A stretch of DNA of 60,138 bases, from positions 1 through 60,138 of the forward strand of contig CAIYEN010000181.1 in the NCBI GenBank assembly GCA_903925205.1, given 5' to 3'. The notes beneath the pieces were generated by a model that had not been told where the DNA came from, made no database searches, and worked only from the letters and a program-made list of their open reading frames with translations. Position numbers and translations under genes: made by a program. Below are positions 8,427-17,657 of the stretch, in pieces; position 1 is the stretch's first letter, and every line of letters begins with the position of its first letter. This DNA is from an uncultured Opitutia bacterium (GTDB taxonomy: Bacteria > Verrucomicrobiota > Verrucomicrobiia > Opitutales > UBA953).

Positions 8427-8521
8427 GGGTTATAGAGGACTAAACTCTGAGCGGTATTGTTCCAGCCGGTTTCGCCCTGGGCCTGAAAAAGTTAGGTCAA
8501 TTGTCGGTCAATTAGCGCTGC

Positions 8522-9121
8522 CTACAACGCCAACATCCGCCGGCGGAGTTCGGCGGTTTCTGCCCGCACATCATCCCCCGCCACTTGGTAAGGCTCGCCC
8601 AAGGTGATGGTCGCTCCCCGGCGGTAAAACGGCCAAAGAAGGAAGAGCAGTACGTTCTGCGTCGTAATCGAAAATCGGTTCACCCAAGGACCCGGGTAGT
8701 TACCATAGCGGATACGCATCGGGACCAAGGGAACACCCGCCTGAGCGGCCATGCGCACCGCTCCAGTCTTATAAGGCTGCAGGTCTTCACCGAGGGCTTC
8801 CACCACGCCCGTCGGACAAATCGCCACGGGTTCACCCGCTCGTAAGAGGCCGACGGCCGTCGGAATGGCGACCTGCACAAAGCCCCAGCGGATCGCCCAA
8901 CGTTTCAAGAAGGGGAACGTGAAGACCTTGGCGTCGACCAAGAGACGGACCTTGGGGCACAAAAAACCGAATAGAAAAACATCCCGATAGCTCGGGTGAT
9001 TCGAGCAGAGCAGCACGGCGCCGGCGGGCAGACTACCCACAATCTTCACTTCACCCACCAGCAGACGGACGAGCCCCGGCGCTGGTTGCGGGGTCACTTG
9101 CAAAGGCTCGCCAGGGGACAT
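8522..9121 (-). CDS. Lysophospholipid (1-acyl-sn-glycerol-3-phosphate) acyltransferase family protein
   Basis: NHPSYRD (HX4D motif) and a CPTG motif-III-like segment; 199 aa. Confidence 0.85.
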   Translation of the reverse strand: MSPGEPLQVTPQPAPGLVRLLVGEVKIVGSLPAGAVLLCSNHPSYRDVFLFGFLCPKVRLLVDAKVFTFPFLKRWAIRWGFVQVAIPTAVGLLRAGEPVAICPTGVVEALGEDLQPYKTGAVRMAAQAGVPLVPMRIRYGNYPGPWVNRFSITTQNVLLFLLWPFYRRGATITLGEPYQVAGDDVRAETAELRRRMLAL

Positions 9122-9171
9122 ACCCAGAGCATACTCACCCCACCCCCAGAAGCAACCCCACCTTCCATTCT

Positions 9172-9939
9172 ATGCGTCCCCTCGCCTTCCTTTGCCTCCT
9201 TACCCTCACCGGCTTATCCGCCGCAGAGGAGAAGTGCGTCGTCTGGAAACTCGATGACGTGAAGGCGGGCGAGCAGAAGCGGTTAGCCCCGGGCTTCAAA
9301 CGCGTGGCGGAGTGGGCCAAGGCAGAGAAAACCGTCGTCACCATGGGCGTCATCTGCGACTCCCTTGCTCAACCCAACGCCGCCGACGTCGCCTGGATCA
9401 AAGCGAATGCCATCGAGAATGGTGGGGTGATTGAGTTCTGGCACCACGGCTGGGACCACAAGAGCTGGACTGACGCGGCCGGGAAGACCGCCTGGGAATT
9501 CAAAGGGCCCGACCAAGCCACCCAAGCCAAGCACCTGAAAGACGCCGCTGACCTCTTTACGAAAACAACCGGCCTGTCGTTCCATGTCTTCGGCGCTCCC
9601 TACAACCAAAACGATGATGCCACCATCGCCGCCATGGACGCCGTCCCCGCATTGTCCATCTGGATGTATGGCCCCAAAAATGACCCCAAGCGCCAGGTGC
9701 TTGGTCGGTCCCTCAACATCGAAGTGGCGACAGGGAAGGTGAGTTACGAAAAGTTCGCCCAAGACTATACAGCCAAGAAACCGACGGGGCTCATGTTGCT
9801 GCAGGGCCACGCTGGCATGTGGTCCGACGAGTCCTTCCAAGATTTCGTTAAAATCGCCGCGCTCCTTAAAAAAGACGGTTGGACGACCCTGACGGCCTCG
9901 CAGTACGTGAACCGTGCGGCGAAGCCGGCGAAGAAGTAA
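9172..9939 (+). CDS. Secreted polysaccharide-deacetylase-like/DUF2334-like hydrolase (product uncertain)
   Basis: Signal peptide MRPLAFLCLLTLTGLSAA, a KLDDV motif and a WHHGWDH His cluster. Confidence 0.75.
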   Translation: MRPLAFLCLLTLTGLSAAEEKCVVWKLDDVKAGEQKRLAPGFKRVAEWAKAEKTVVTMGVICDSLAQPNAADVAWIKANAIENGGVIEFWHHGWDHKSWTDAAGKTAWEFKGPDQATQAKHLKDAADLFTKTTGLSFHVFGAPYNQNDDATIAAMDAVPALSIWMYGPKNDPKRQVLGRSLNIEVATGKVSYEKFAQDYTAKKPTGLMLLQGHAGMWSDESFQDFVKIAALLKKDGWTTLTASQYVNRAAKPAKK

Positions 9940-10066
9940 GGCTCGTTACTTGACCGAAGTCGATTCCACGACGGGCAGGATAGCGAGGAAGGCCATCTGC
10001 CTTGAGCGCCAGAACCTATTGGGGCCGTCCATTAACCATACACCCTAGAGTCTTACACCTAAGAGC

Positions 10067-10396
10067 TCATTCTTCCGCCGAAGTTTTCTTCGCCCGTAAG
10101 GCCCGTCGGCGGGCCTGCCAATCGGGATGCTGCCGGAGGTATTCAATCAAAGCCGTGACAATCGGCCCAGAAGCATCGTCGGGGTGACACCAGCCCAGGG
10201 CCTCTACTAACTCGCGGTTACCGCTCCAGAGCCCGAGGTTGTTCCGGATCCACATCCCTAATCCAAAGTGGGTGCCGGCATCATCCTCCAGTTGGGCCAC
10301 CTGCTTCAGCGTCCCGACGTTCAAAGTCTTCAGGCAATACTCGACCGCGGCCGGCACGGTCTTGGGGTAGTTCTTCTTTTTAGGCATGCCCTCCAT
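10067..10396 (-). CDS. Small hypothetical protein
   Basis: 109-aa ORF containing ...HFGLGMWIRNNLGLW...; composition resembles the native GC-rich genome. Alternative ATG at 10387. Confidence 0.6.
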   Translation of the reverse strand: MEGMPKKKNYPKTVPAAVEYCLKTLNVGTLKQVAQLEDDAGTHFGLGMWIRNNLGLWSGNRELVEALGWCHPDDASGPIVTALIEYLRQHPDWQARRRALRAKKTSAEE

Positions 10397-10433
10397 GTGC
10401 CCACTTATGATCGATGCGCAAGGGGGCCCTAAC

Positions 10434-10535
10434 GGCGTCGCCTCCTCGGCCTAGCGGCCTTCGCCGAACCCAAGGGTTCTCATCCCTCCGCACGCGCTGA
10501 CGCGCGGAGAGGGAGGGATTGACTACGCTGCGCTC
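10434..10535. repeat. Direct repeat copy A: tRNA-Ser trailer, the last 16 nt of tRNA-Ser, and a 15-nt junction (gactacgctgcgctc)
   Basis: Aligns base for base with 12503..12604 (two mismatches near the left end) and with 12628..12714 up to the ggagggatt junction. Confidence 0.85.
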
Positions 10536-10564
10536 TAGGCCTTCGGCCGTTAGCTCAACTCCCC

Positions 10565-10600
10565 AAAAACGAGAGGCAGTATGCCTACGCACACTGCCTC
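10565..10600 (-). terminator. Rho-independent terminator after the yiaA-like gene
   Basis: The minus strand reads GAGGCAGT-gtgcgtaggcat-ACTGCCTC, followed by TCGTTTTTGG. Confidence 0.55.
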
Positions 10601-10642
10601 TAGCGTATCCAACCGCCGCCTCGGCAGCGGCTGCTGACCCAC

Positions 10643-11035
10643 TTAAGCGCTGTCGCGGGTATTCTTTTGAACGGCGACGGCACCGAAAAGGGCAAACATG
10701 AAGCCGAAGGCGTAATAACCCTTTTCGCTAGGTAGAAGTTGATCGGCATTCCATAAGCCGACCACGAGTAAGAGAATGGACATCATCATCGCTCCCCAGC
10801 AGATGCTGTAATAGATATCGCTAACGGGAATGTTATCCAAGCGATCTCGAACGCTTTTCTGCAAGGAGACCACGGAAAAAAGGCCAAACATGAGAATGAC
10901 GAAATAAAACCCTTTTTCATTAAGGAGCATAGCCTTGGAGTCGGCTCGCCAAAGTCCGATTAAATAGCCAAGCGAACCGATGAATAGAGCCATCCAGGAG
11001 GCTCCGACGAATGCTACTGAGGGTTTTTGGGACAT
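10643..11035 (-). CDS. yiaA: YiaA/YiaB-family inner-membrane protein
   Basis: Duplicated two-helix module with LNEKGFYF...LQKSVRD and SEKGYYAF...LFGAVAVQKNTRD, as in E. coli YiaA. The region is AT-rich. Confidence 0.8.
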   Translation of the reverse strand: MSQKPSVAFVGASWMALFIGSLGYLIGLWRADSKAMLLNEKGFYFVILMFGLFSVVSLQKSVRDRLDNIPVSDIYYSICWGAMMMSILLLVVGLWNADQLLPSEKGYYAFGFMFALFGAVAVQKNTRDSA

Positions 11036-11338
11036 ATTTATATTATTGGGGTGGGGTCGGTGGGGTGAAGTGAAATTAAATGTTAATCATTTAGAACGGA
11101 CAGCGGCCGCGAAAGCCGGCGCCAAGTTCAATTCACAACTGTACCACACCGCGGGTCTTAGCGTATGTCGATAAAACCGATACACCCTATCAGTCTAATC
11201 GATAGCCCGCCGACTCTCCGCAGGATGGATTAGCGGCGAGGCTAGTAAGCCGACTACTCCACCACGCACTTATCCCAATACCCCTCATCAATATTAACGA
11301 TACTATCTAGGGCAGAAATCATGTTATAGTTATCTACA

Positions 11339-12394
11339 ATGACACAACCCATCCTGACCCAGACAACCTACCTCGTGAGGATTTTTTCATTTAAGGGACG
11401 TATTCGCAGGAGCGAATACTTGATCTGGTCTGTGCTTAGCTACGACATATTATTAATCCTCGAGTTGCTCCTAAGATTATTGGTGCATCCGTCTTTAGGG
11501 GTGCATCCGTCTTTAGGTATGTGGTTCGTAATCTGGTCCGTTCAGTGGATTGCCTTTTTCTGGTTCGCGCTGGCTTCCGCCGTCAAACGCAGCCACGACC
11601 TTGGCAGAAATGGCTTCTGGGTGTTGATTCCATTCTATGGCCTCTGGCTTTTGTTCGCAGACAGCGTTACTCAGGAAAATAAGTACGGGGTAAATCCCAA
11701 GGAAGCGGAGAATTCTAAGCCACTCACTTATGGGCTACCTGTATTCTGGGCTATCCTGATCTTATCGGCATGCTTAGCCCTGCTTACGCCTCGTCTCGGG
11801 AGTTTGAGGATTTGCTTTTATTTCCCAGACAGGAAGCTGGTTAATGCTGCGGAATCCGGAGATACCTCCGCCCAATACAAGCTAGGGAGCTATTGCCGCG
11901 ACATAGCGGACGGGTCTATTCATCACTTTCAGTTACATTTTTTCGAGTCCATGAAGTGGTTTCGCACGGCTGCTGACCAAGGTCATGCAGAAGCCCAATA
12001 TAATCTGGGGCTTCTTTACGCGAAAGGCACCGACGTGACCCAACTAAGTTCAACAAGTTACCGCAAAAGTCATAAGAAAAATGATGCGATCGAGTCCATG
12101 AAGTGGTTTCGCACGGCAGCCGAACAAGGACATGCCGCCGCTCAATGCGAAATGGGGAGTAAAGCTCGGGATGGAGTTGAGAAGGTTATGTGGTATCGCA
12201 AGGCCGCCGACCAAGGGTATAGCGAAGCCCTGCGTGAATTGTGGGTCATCTATTATAACAGGGAATACGACATTAAAGGAGTAGTGGCGGAAGATGGTGA
12301 GGCGATGGAGTGGAAGCGTAAGTATGACAAAGCGATCCAAACCGAAGAGGAGAGCGCGGCGAAGAAGGACGCCGAAAAGAGGCTCGTTAAGTAA
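11339..12394 (+). CDS. DUF805 membrane domain fused to Sel1 (TPR-like) repeats
   Basis: FSFKGRIRRSEYLIW, VKRSHDLGRNGFWVLIP and ENKYGVNP are DUF805 hallmarks. Repeated MKWFRTAA(D/E)QGHA(E/A)AQ(Y/C) Sel1 units follow. The gene is AT-rich. Confidence 0.85.
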   Translation: MTQPILTQTTYLVRIFSFKGRIRRSEYLIWSVLSYDILLILELLLRLLVHPSLGVHPSLGMWFVIWSVQWIAFFWFALASAVKRSHDLGRNGFWVLIPFYGLWLLFADSVTQENKYGVNPKEAENSKPLTYGLPVFWAILILSACLALLTPRLGSLRICFYFPDRKLVNAAESGDTSAQYKLGSYCRDIADGSIHHFQLHFFESMKWFRTAADQGHAEAQYNLGLLYAKGTDVTQLSSTSYRKSHKKNDAIESMKWFRTAAEQGHAAAQCEMGSKARDGVEKVMWYRKAADQGYSEALRELWVIYYNREYDIKGVVAEDGEAMEWKRKYDKAIQTEEESAAKKDAEKRLVK

Positions 12395-12490
12395 TCCGAC
12401 CTGAACAAATTGTTAGCACACCCATCAGACATACTCTAAAGTAAAGGTCTGGTTCCTACTTTGTAACTGACTCCGCTCCAAGCCTAGCGG

Positions 12491-12604
12491 CCCGATGCCT
12501 GCGGCATCGCCTGCTCGGCCTAGCGGCCTTCGCCGAACCCAAGGGTTCTCATCCCTCCGCACGCGCTGACGCGCGGAGAGGGAGGGATTGACTACGCTGC
12601 GCTC
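12491..12604. repeat. Direct repeat copy B: trailer, 16-nt tRNA-Ser 3' fragment and the 15-nt junction
   Basis: 12491..12589 is identical to 12616..12714 except for one g/a difference. 12590..12604 (gactacgctgcgctc) is identical to 10521..10535. Confidence 0.85.
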
Positions 12605-12615
12605 CAGGGCTCCGC

Positions 12616-12783
<168 letters not shown>

Positions 12784-12883
12784 GTGCAAGGGATTAGAGG
12801 CGAGGCTCGGATTCGCCTCAAGCGGATTCGGTGTGATACCCTTGGGTTATCGGCGAGTTTCCCTTCGCGAACCGACTTCATCT

Positions 12884-14026
12884 ATGAAGACGGGCATGAG
12901 CACCTGCGATCGCGTCGAAGAACTAGAAGGTCCTTATGGCCCCTTCGCTATTGGTGAGCGGGCCATTCAACGTCTCTGGGCTTCCGGCGAAGTCACGGGC
13001 CCCATGGCCACGGCCAGTGGTAAGACCATTGAAGTGCTCTCCCCCGGCGACTGGAACCGCGGGGCGGGGCCCGATTTCCTCGGAGCCGAACTACGCCTCA
13101 ATGAACGTCGTATCCGCGGGGACGTGGAAATCCACCTACGCTCCAGCGACTGGCAGGCCCACCAACATGACCGCGACCCTAATTTTTCCGGCGTCGTCCT
13201 CCACGCGGTCCTACTGCCCGGCGTCAAGGATGTGACCACGGCTTCAGGCCATCAGCCCGAAACGGTCGTACTCCTCCCCTACCTGCCGCGCGACCTCGAG
13301 GACCTCGCCGAGGAAGACGCCCTACTCGAACTACGCGGTCGAGCCGGCGAGGTGGCTCGCAAAGTACAGGCCTCCGAGACGCACCTCCTCCCGGGCTTGC
13401 GCCGTCGGGCGCTCGAACGTTTCCGCCGTAAGGCCAAACATGCAAAGGCCCGGGCCAAAGCCATCGGCTGGGAAGCGGCCTGCCACGAGCTGGTCGTGGA
13501 ATCCCTCGGCCATGGTGGCAACCGCGCTCCGATGTCCGAACTAGCCCGCGCGCACTCCCCCGCCGAGATGGTCCTACTCGGCCTCGATGCGCTCTATATG
13601 GAAAAGTGCGGCCGCTGGCGACTGCGGGGCTTACGTCCCGCCGGACATCCCTACCGGCGGCTCGCCCAATACTTGGAACTGAACCGACGACAGCCCGATT
13701 GGCGCGAGCGGGTCCGCCGCTGGGGCACCGAGCTGGAACAAGCCGTACTGACCAGTCACCGGCGCCGACTGCACGATGGCATCCTCGGGTGCGTCTTTCC
13801 CGATGGTCGGGCCGACACGCTCTGCATCAATGCCTTACTCCCCTTACTCCATGCGTCTGGTCAGGACTGTGAACGGACGTGGATTGAGTGGCCACCAGGT
13901 AACCACCCGGAAGACATCGAAGAGGCTCGGCGGGTCCTCGGGCTCGTGGGCTCGTCGCGTAACTTCGAAGTGCAAGGCATCCTCGACGTCATCCGCCGCA
14001 GCGCGCCTCACGCCACGCAACCTTAG
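12884..14026 (+). CDS. DUF2851-family protein
   Basis: VEIHLRSSDWQAHQHDRDPNFSGVVLHAVL matches the DUF2851 core as I remember it. ATG at 12884 (the ORF opens at 12833). Confidence 0.8.
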   Translation: MKTGMSTCDRVEELEGPYGPFAIGERAIQRLWASGEVTGPMATASGKTIEVLSPGDWNRGAGPDFLGAELRLNERRIRGDVEIHLRSSDWQAHQHDRDPNFSGVVLHAVLLPGVKDVTTASGHQPETVVLLPYLPRDLEDLAEEDALLELRGRAGEVARKVQASETHLLPGLRRRALERFRRKAKHAKARAKAIGWEAACHELVVESLGHGGNRAPMSELARAHSPAEMVLLGLDALYMEKCGRWRLRGLRPAGHPYRRLAQYLELNRRQPDWRERVRRWGTELEQAVLTSHRRRLHDGILGCVFPDGRADTLCINALLPLLHASGQDCERTWIEWPPGNHPEDIEEARRVLGLVGSSRNFEVQGILDVIRRSAPHATQP

Positions 14027-15240
14027 GCCATCATCTTCCGAATCTTTTCCAACGAGACAGCTAGGCGATCGACTTCTTCGAACGAGTTATAGAAGGCAAA
14101 GGAGGCCCGGGCCGTCCCTGGGATGCCGAGGTGCTTCATCAGCGGCATACAACAATGATGGCCGGTGCGAATCGCGATGCCATCGGCGTCCAGCAACGTG
14201 CCGATGTCATGCGGGTGGCCGCCTTCAATCAGGAAGGAGATCACCGCCACTTTCTCGGGCGCTTCGCCAATGAGGCGGAGGCCCTTGATCGCACGCAGGC
14301 GTTCGGTGGCCGCAGCGAGCAATTTCTGCTCGTGCGCATGTGCGTCCGCCTGTCGCGGCATGAAATACTCCAACGCGACGGCCAAGGCGATGGCGCCGGA
14401 GATGTCCGGCGTGCCCGCCTCGAAACGTTCGGGGGCCTCCCGGAAAGTCGTCCCGTCGAAGTCGACCTTCCGAATCATATCCCCGCCGAACTGGTAAGGC
14501 GGCAAGGCATCGAGGATTTCGGGTCGACCCCACAAGACACCAATGCCAGTCGGGCCAAAGGTTTTATGGCCAGAGAAGGCGTAGAAATCGCAACCGAGCC
14601 CGGGGATATCGACCTTAAAGTGCGCAGCGGCCTGACAGCCGTCGATGAGCACCGTGGCACCAACCGCCTTGGCGAGTCGGGTCATTTCGACCGCCGGGTT
14701 GACCGTGCCGAGGGCATTCGAGACATGCGCGAAGGCCACCAGCTTCGTCCGAGGAGAGAGCAAGCGACGATAGGCGTCGAGGTCCACTTCGCCGCGGGGG
14801 GTCACGGGCACAACCACGACCTTGGCCCCACTGCGTTCGGCGGCGACCTGCCACGGCACGATATTCGCATGGTGCTCCAACGCCGTGAGGAGAATCTCGT
14901 CGCCCGCGCGTAGATGGGTCCGACCCCAGGTCTCGGCGACGAGGTTAATGCCTTCCGTAGCGCCGCGCACAAAGACGCAGCCACGGGAGTCCTTCAGACC
15001 AAGAAAACGGGCCACAACCTCACGTGAGTGCTCAAAGGCCTGCGTGGCTTCTTCACTGAGCAGGTGGACGCCGCGATGGACGTTCGCATTCCCGTTGGAA
15101 TAATAATCAACCAAGGCCTGGATAACGACCTGGGGCTTCTGGGAGGTCGCCGCATTATCGAGGTAGGTCAGCGGACGCCCATGCACGGACCGCCCAAGAA
15201 TCGGGAAGTCTTGGCGCAAGGTAGCGACGTCGAAAGCCAT
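14023..15240 (-). CDS. sufS: Cysteine desulfurase, SufS/CsdA type
   Basis: SGHKTFGPTGIGVLWG (PLP Lys) and RTGHHCCMPL (catalytic Cys); 405 aa. Confidence 0.92.
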   Translation of the reverse strand: MAFDVATLRQDFPILGRSVHGRPLTYLDNAATSQKPQVVIQALVDYYSNGNANVHRGVHLLSEEATQAFEHSREVVARFLGLKDSRGCVFVRGATEGINLVAETWGRTHLRAGDEILLTALEHHANIVPWQVAAERSGAKVVVVPVTPRGEVDLDAYRRLLSPRTKLVAFAHVSNALGTVNPAVEMTRLAKAVGATVLIDGCQAAAHFKVDIPGLGCDFYAFSGHKTFGPTGIGVLWGRPEILDALPPYQFGGDMIRKVDFDGTTFREAPERFEAGTPDISGAIALAVALEYFMPRQADAHAHEQKLLAAATERLRAIKGLRLIGEAPEKVAVISFLIEGGHPHDIGTLLDADGIAIRTGHHCCMPLMKHLGIPGTARASFAFYNSFEEVDRLAVSLEKIRKMMA

Positions 15241-15289
15241 GTCGCCGAACGTAGGAGGGACCCTGCGGGGCGCAACAGGGAAGCGAGGA

Positions 15290-16417
15290 TTAAGGGCTGG
15301 CCGGCAGCCGCACCGCGCGACGGATGTAGGTCGGCACGTCGACGTCCTGCCCGTCGATGAAGGTCAACGGGGTCCCGCCGAACAGACCACGACGCATCGA
15401 ATCCTCGGTCGCAAAACCAAAGATCTGCTGGTTCTCCTCGCCGGGCTTCGTGCCCTTCCCTTTTTTTACAGGCTTAGGTGCCGGGGTCGAGGCCCCTAAG
15501 ACGGCCACTTCAACGCGATCGCCAAAATCGGGGACCACCCGGGCACAAAGCAAGGTCGAGGTCTCTCCACCGAAACGCATGCGCACCGCGGCCACGGCTT
15601 CAAAGGCTTCGGTCGCCGAAAGCGTCGGACCACCGGTCACCACCACGAAGAGCGAGGCGGCTTTCGTCGTCGCCCCCGGAGCGTGTGCCAAGGGACACTC
15701 GTTGGCGGCGCGAGCAGCGGCGAGGGCGGCACCAAGGCCTTCGCCACGACCGTAGGTAAAGAGCGTGGGCGAACCAGGGGTCGATAAGATCGAACGGACG
15801 GCAGCTGGATCGGCTGGCACCAAAGCGCCCGGAACGAAGGTCCCCGCCAAGGCGCGCAAAGCCCCACCGACCCATTCATCGGCGGCCGCAAAAGATTCGG
15901 ATAAAGGAGCGTCCTTGGAAACCTGCAGAAGTAAGAGGTCGTTCTGCACCGCAACCAAGCCATGCGCCTTCGCACCCAACTTATCGAGGGCTTCGCTGGC
16001 TTGGCGTTTGCGACGTTCCCCCTCATGGGAAAATGGGATCGTCGCATAAGCTAAGACCGTCGCGCCCGCATCCGTGGCGACAGTAGCGAGAAAAGCGGCG
16101 GCGCCACTCCCCGTCCCGCCGCCCAGACCCGTGACCAAAACAACGAGCGCATAGCCCGTGAAAAGCCGGCGAAGTTGGGGCTCCTCGGACTCCGCCGCAG
16201 CCGCGCCCACGGAGACCTCGCCACCGGTGCCCATCCCGCGCGTCTGGGCGCGGCCGAGCTGGAGCGTTTCGCGGCCATTCGCCTGCGCTAAAGCCGCCGC
16301 GTCCGTGTCGATCAAGGCGACCTTGACCTCAGCCGGTAAGCTCGGCGCAAGCCGCGCGACAATGGAGCAACCCGCCCCACCGAGGCCGACCAGCAAGATA
16401 GCGCGATGCGGTTCCAT
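15290..16417 (-). CDS. ftsZ: Cell division GTPase FtsZ (divergent, 375 aa)
   Basis: VGLGGAGCSIV, tubulin signature TGLGGGTGSGAA, QNDLLL (T7-like) and a C-terminal DVDVPTYIRR peptide. It is the last gene of the dcw cluster, after ftsA. Confidence 0.88.
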   Translation of the reverse strand: MEPHRAILLVGLGGAGCSIVARLAPSLPAEVKVALIDTDAAALAQANGRETLQLGRAQTRGMGTGGEVSVGAAAAESEEPQLRRLFTGYALVVLVTGLGGGTGSGAAAFLATVATDAGATVLAYATIPFSHEGERRKRQASEALDKLGAKAHGLVAVQNDLLLLQVSKDAPLSESFAAADEWVGGALRALAGTFVPGALVPADPAAVRSILSTPGSPTLFTYGRGEGLGAALAAARAANECPLAHAPGATTKAASLFVVVTGGPTLSATEAFEAVAAVRMRFGGETSTLLCARVVPDFGDRVEVAVLGASTPAPKPVKKGKGTKPGEENQQIFGFATEDSMRRGLFGGTPLTFIDGQDVDVPTYIRRAVRLPASP

Positions 16418-16418
16418 C

Positions 16419-17657
16419 TTAGAAGCGGAACATGTCCTTCAGCCAAGCGAGCGCACCCTGCGGGCGACGGACGGGCGGAGGGGCATCCTCGATGGCGGCT
16501 TTCATCATCCCGATGACGCCGGCGTATTCAGGCTTTCGGTAAGTCTCCTTCTCGAACTGCGGAATACCCACGCGCGTCGGCAGGCCGAGAACATTCGTCG
16601 CGGCCTCCGCCGCATCCGCAAGGTTAGCGGTGCCGCCAGTCAAGATGGCGCCGGAAGGCAGGAAGTTCTGATCGAGCTTCACGGCGTGGCCCGGGAAGAT
16701 TTGCTCCAGTTGATGGAGCACGTCCTTGCGAACGAACTCCAGCGTTTCCTGGAAGCGTAAAGAGGCCACCTGCGTGATGGTACCACGGTTGAACTGCTGG
16801 TCGCCCACGCCCTTATCGCCGTCCTTCCAAATCGTTTGGTTGGCGTCCGCCTCGCGGTGGAGTGCCGAACCGAAGCGCACCTTGAGGTCCTCGGCGGTAT
16901 CGCGGCTAATCCGTAACGCCACGCTGAGGTCGTTCGTGAGATGCTCGCCGCCCACCGGAATCGAGCCCGCGCACAGAATATGGCCTTTAAAGTAAAGAAT
17001 CCAATCGGCGGTGCCGGCACCGAAATCGACGACTAAGACCCCGCCCTGCTTCTCGGCTTCGCTAATCAACGCACAGGCCGCCGCATGCGCCGCGAGGATG
17101 AAGTCGCGGACGTGGATACTCATCGCGTTAATCATGTTCACCCGGAAGCGCACGTTGCCTTCCTCCATGGTCACCCGCCAGAAGTTCACCTCGAGACGCT
17201 TCCCCTGCAGGCCCACGGGATTCTCAACGCCTTTGCCGTCGAGCATCGTCGGCTGGCGCATGTAGAGAATCGTGGCACGACCCGCCGGCGGCTCGAGCCG
17301 CTTAGCGGACTGCATCGCCTCTTTGAAATCCTTGGCCGTGACCTTGCCATCGTGTGCGGGGACGGCGACGAAGCCCTTAACGCGCTCGCCGGCCACGGAG
17401 GGTCCCGAAATGGTCAGGTAGACTTCCTCGATGCCACGCTGCGCAACGCGCTCGAGGTCATTCACGACTTCATGGACACAGTTATGAAGCTTCTCGAGGT
17501 CGACGACCGTGCCTTTCACGACGCCTTCCGTGCGGCGTTCGCTAAAGCTGAGCATGCGGGCCTTGCCGTCGATGACCTGGCCGACGAGGCCGACGGTCTT
17601 ATGGGTCCCGATGTCGATGACGGCAATGAGGGAGGGAAGTGGCTTGGATTTAGTCAT
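16419..17657 (-). CDS. ftsA: Cell division protein FtsA
   Basis: Actin-like ATPase motifs DIGTHKT and VDFGAGTAD, GGEHLTND; positioned between ftsQ and ftsZ. Confidence 0.92.
   Translation of the reverse strand: MTKSKPLPSLIAVIDIGTHKTVGLVGQVIDGKARMLSFSERRTEGVVKGTVVDLEKLHNCVHEVVNDLERVAQRGIEEVYLTISGPSVAGERVKGFVAVPAHDGKVTAKDFKEAMQSAKRLEPPAGRATILYMRQPTMLDGKGVENPVGLQGKRLEVNFWRVTMEEGNVRFRVNMINAMSIHVRDFILAAHAAACALISEAEKQGGVLVVDFGAGTADWILYFKGHILCAGSIPVGGEHLTNDLSVALRISRDTAEDLKVRFGSALHREADANQTIWKDGDKGVGDQQFNRGTITQVASLRFQETLEFVRKDVLHQLEQIFPGHAVKLDQNFLPSGAILTGGTANLADAAEAATNVLGLPTRVGIPQFEKETYRKPEYAGVIGMMKAAIEDAPPPVRRPQGALAWLKDMFRF

Noticed and set aside
10380-10592. 70-aa ORF sharing the peptide LERSVVNPSLSARQRVRRDENPWVRRRPLGR with ORF 12425..12667
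   Set aside because: The shared peptide simply reflects translation of the duplicated tRNA-Ser 3' end/trailer DNA repeat. Both ORFs read across a tRNA fragment and hairpins, so they are not genes.
11048-11065. GGGGTGGGGTCGGTGGGG as a G-quadruplex
   Set aside because: It has only three G-tracts of three or more. The fourth tract is GG, so it is not a canonical G4 motif, unlike 46056..46082.
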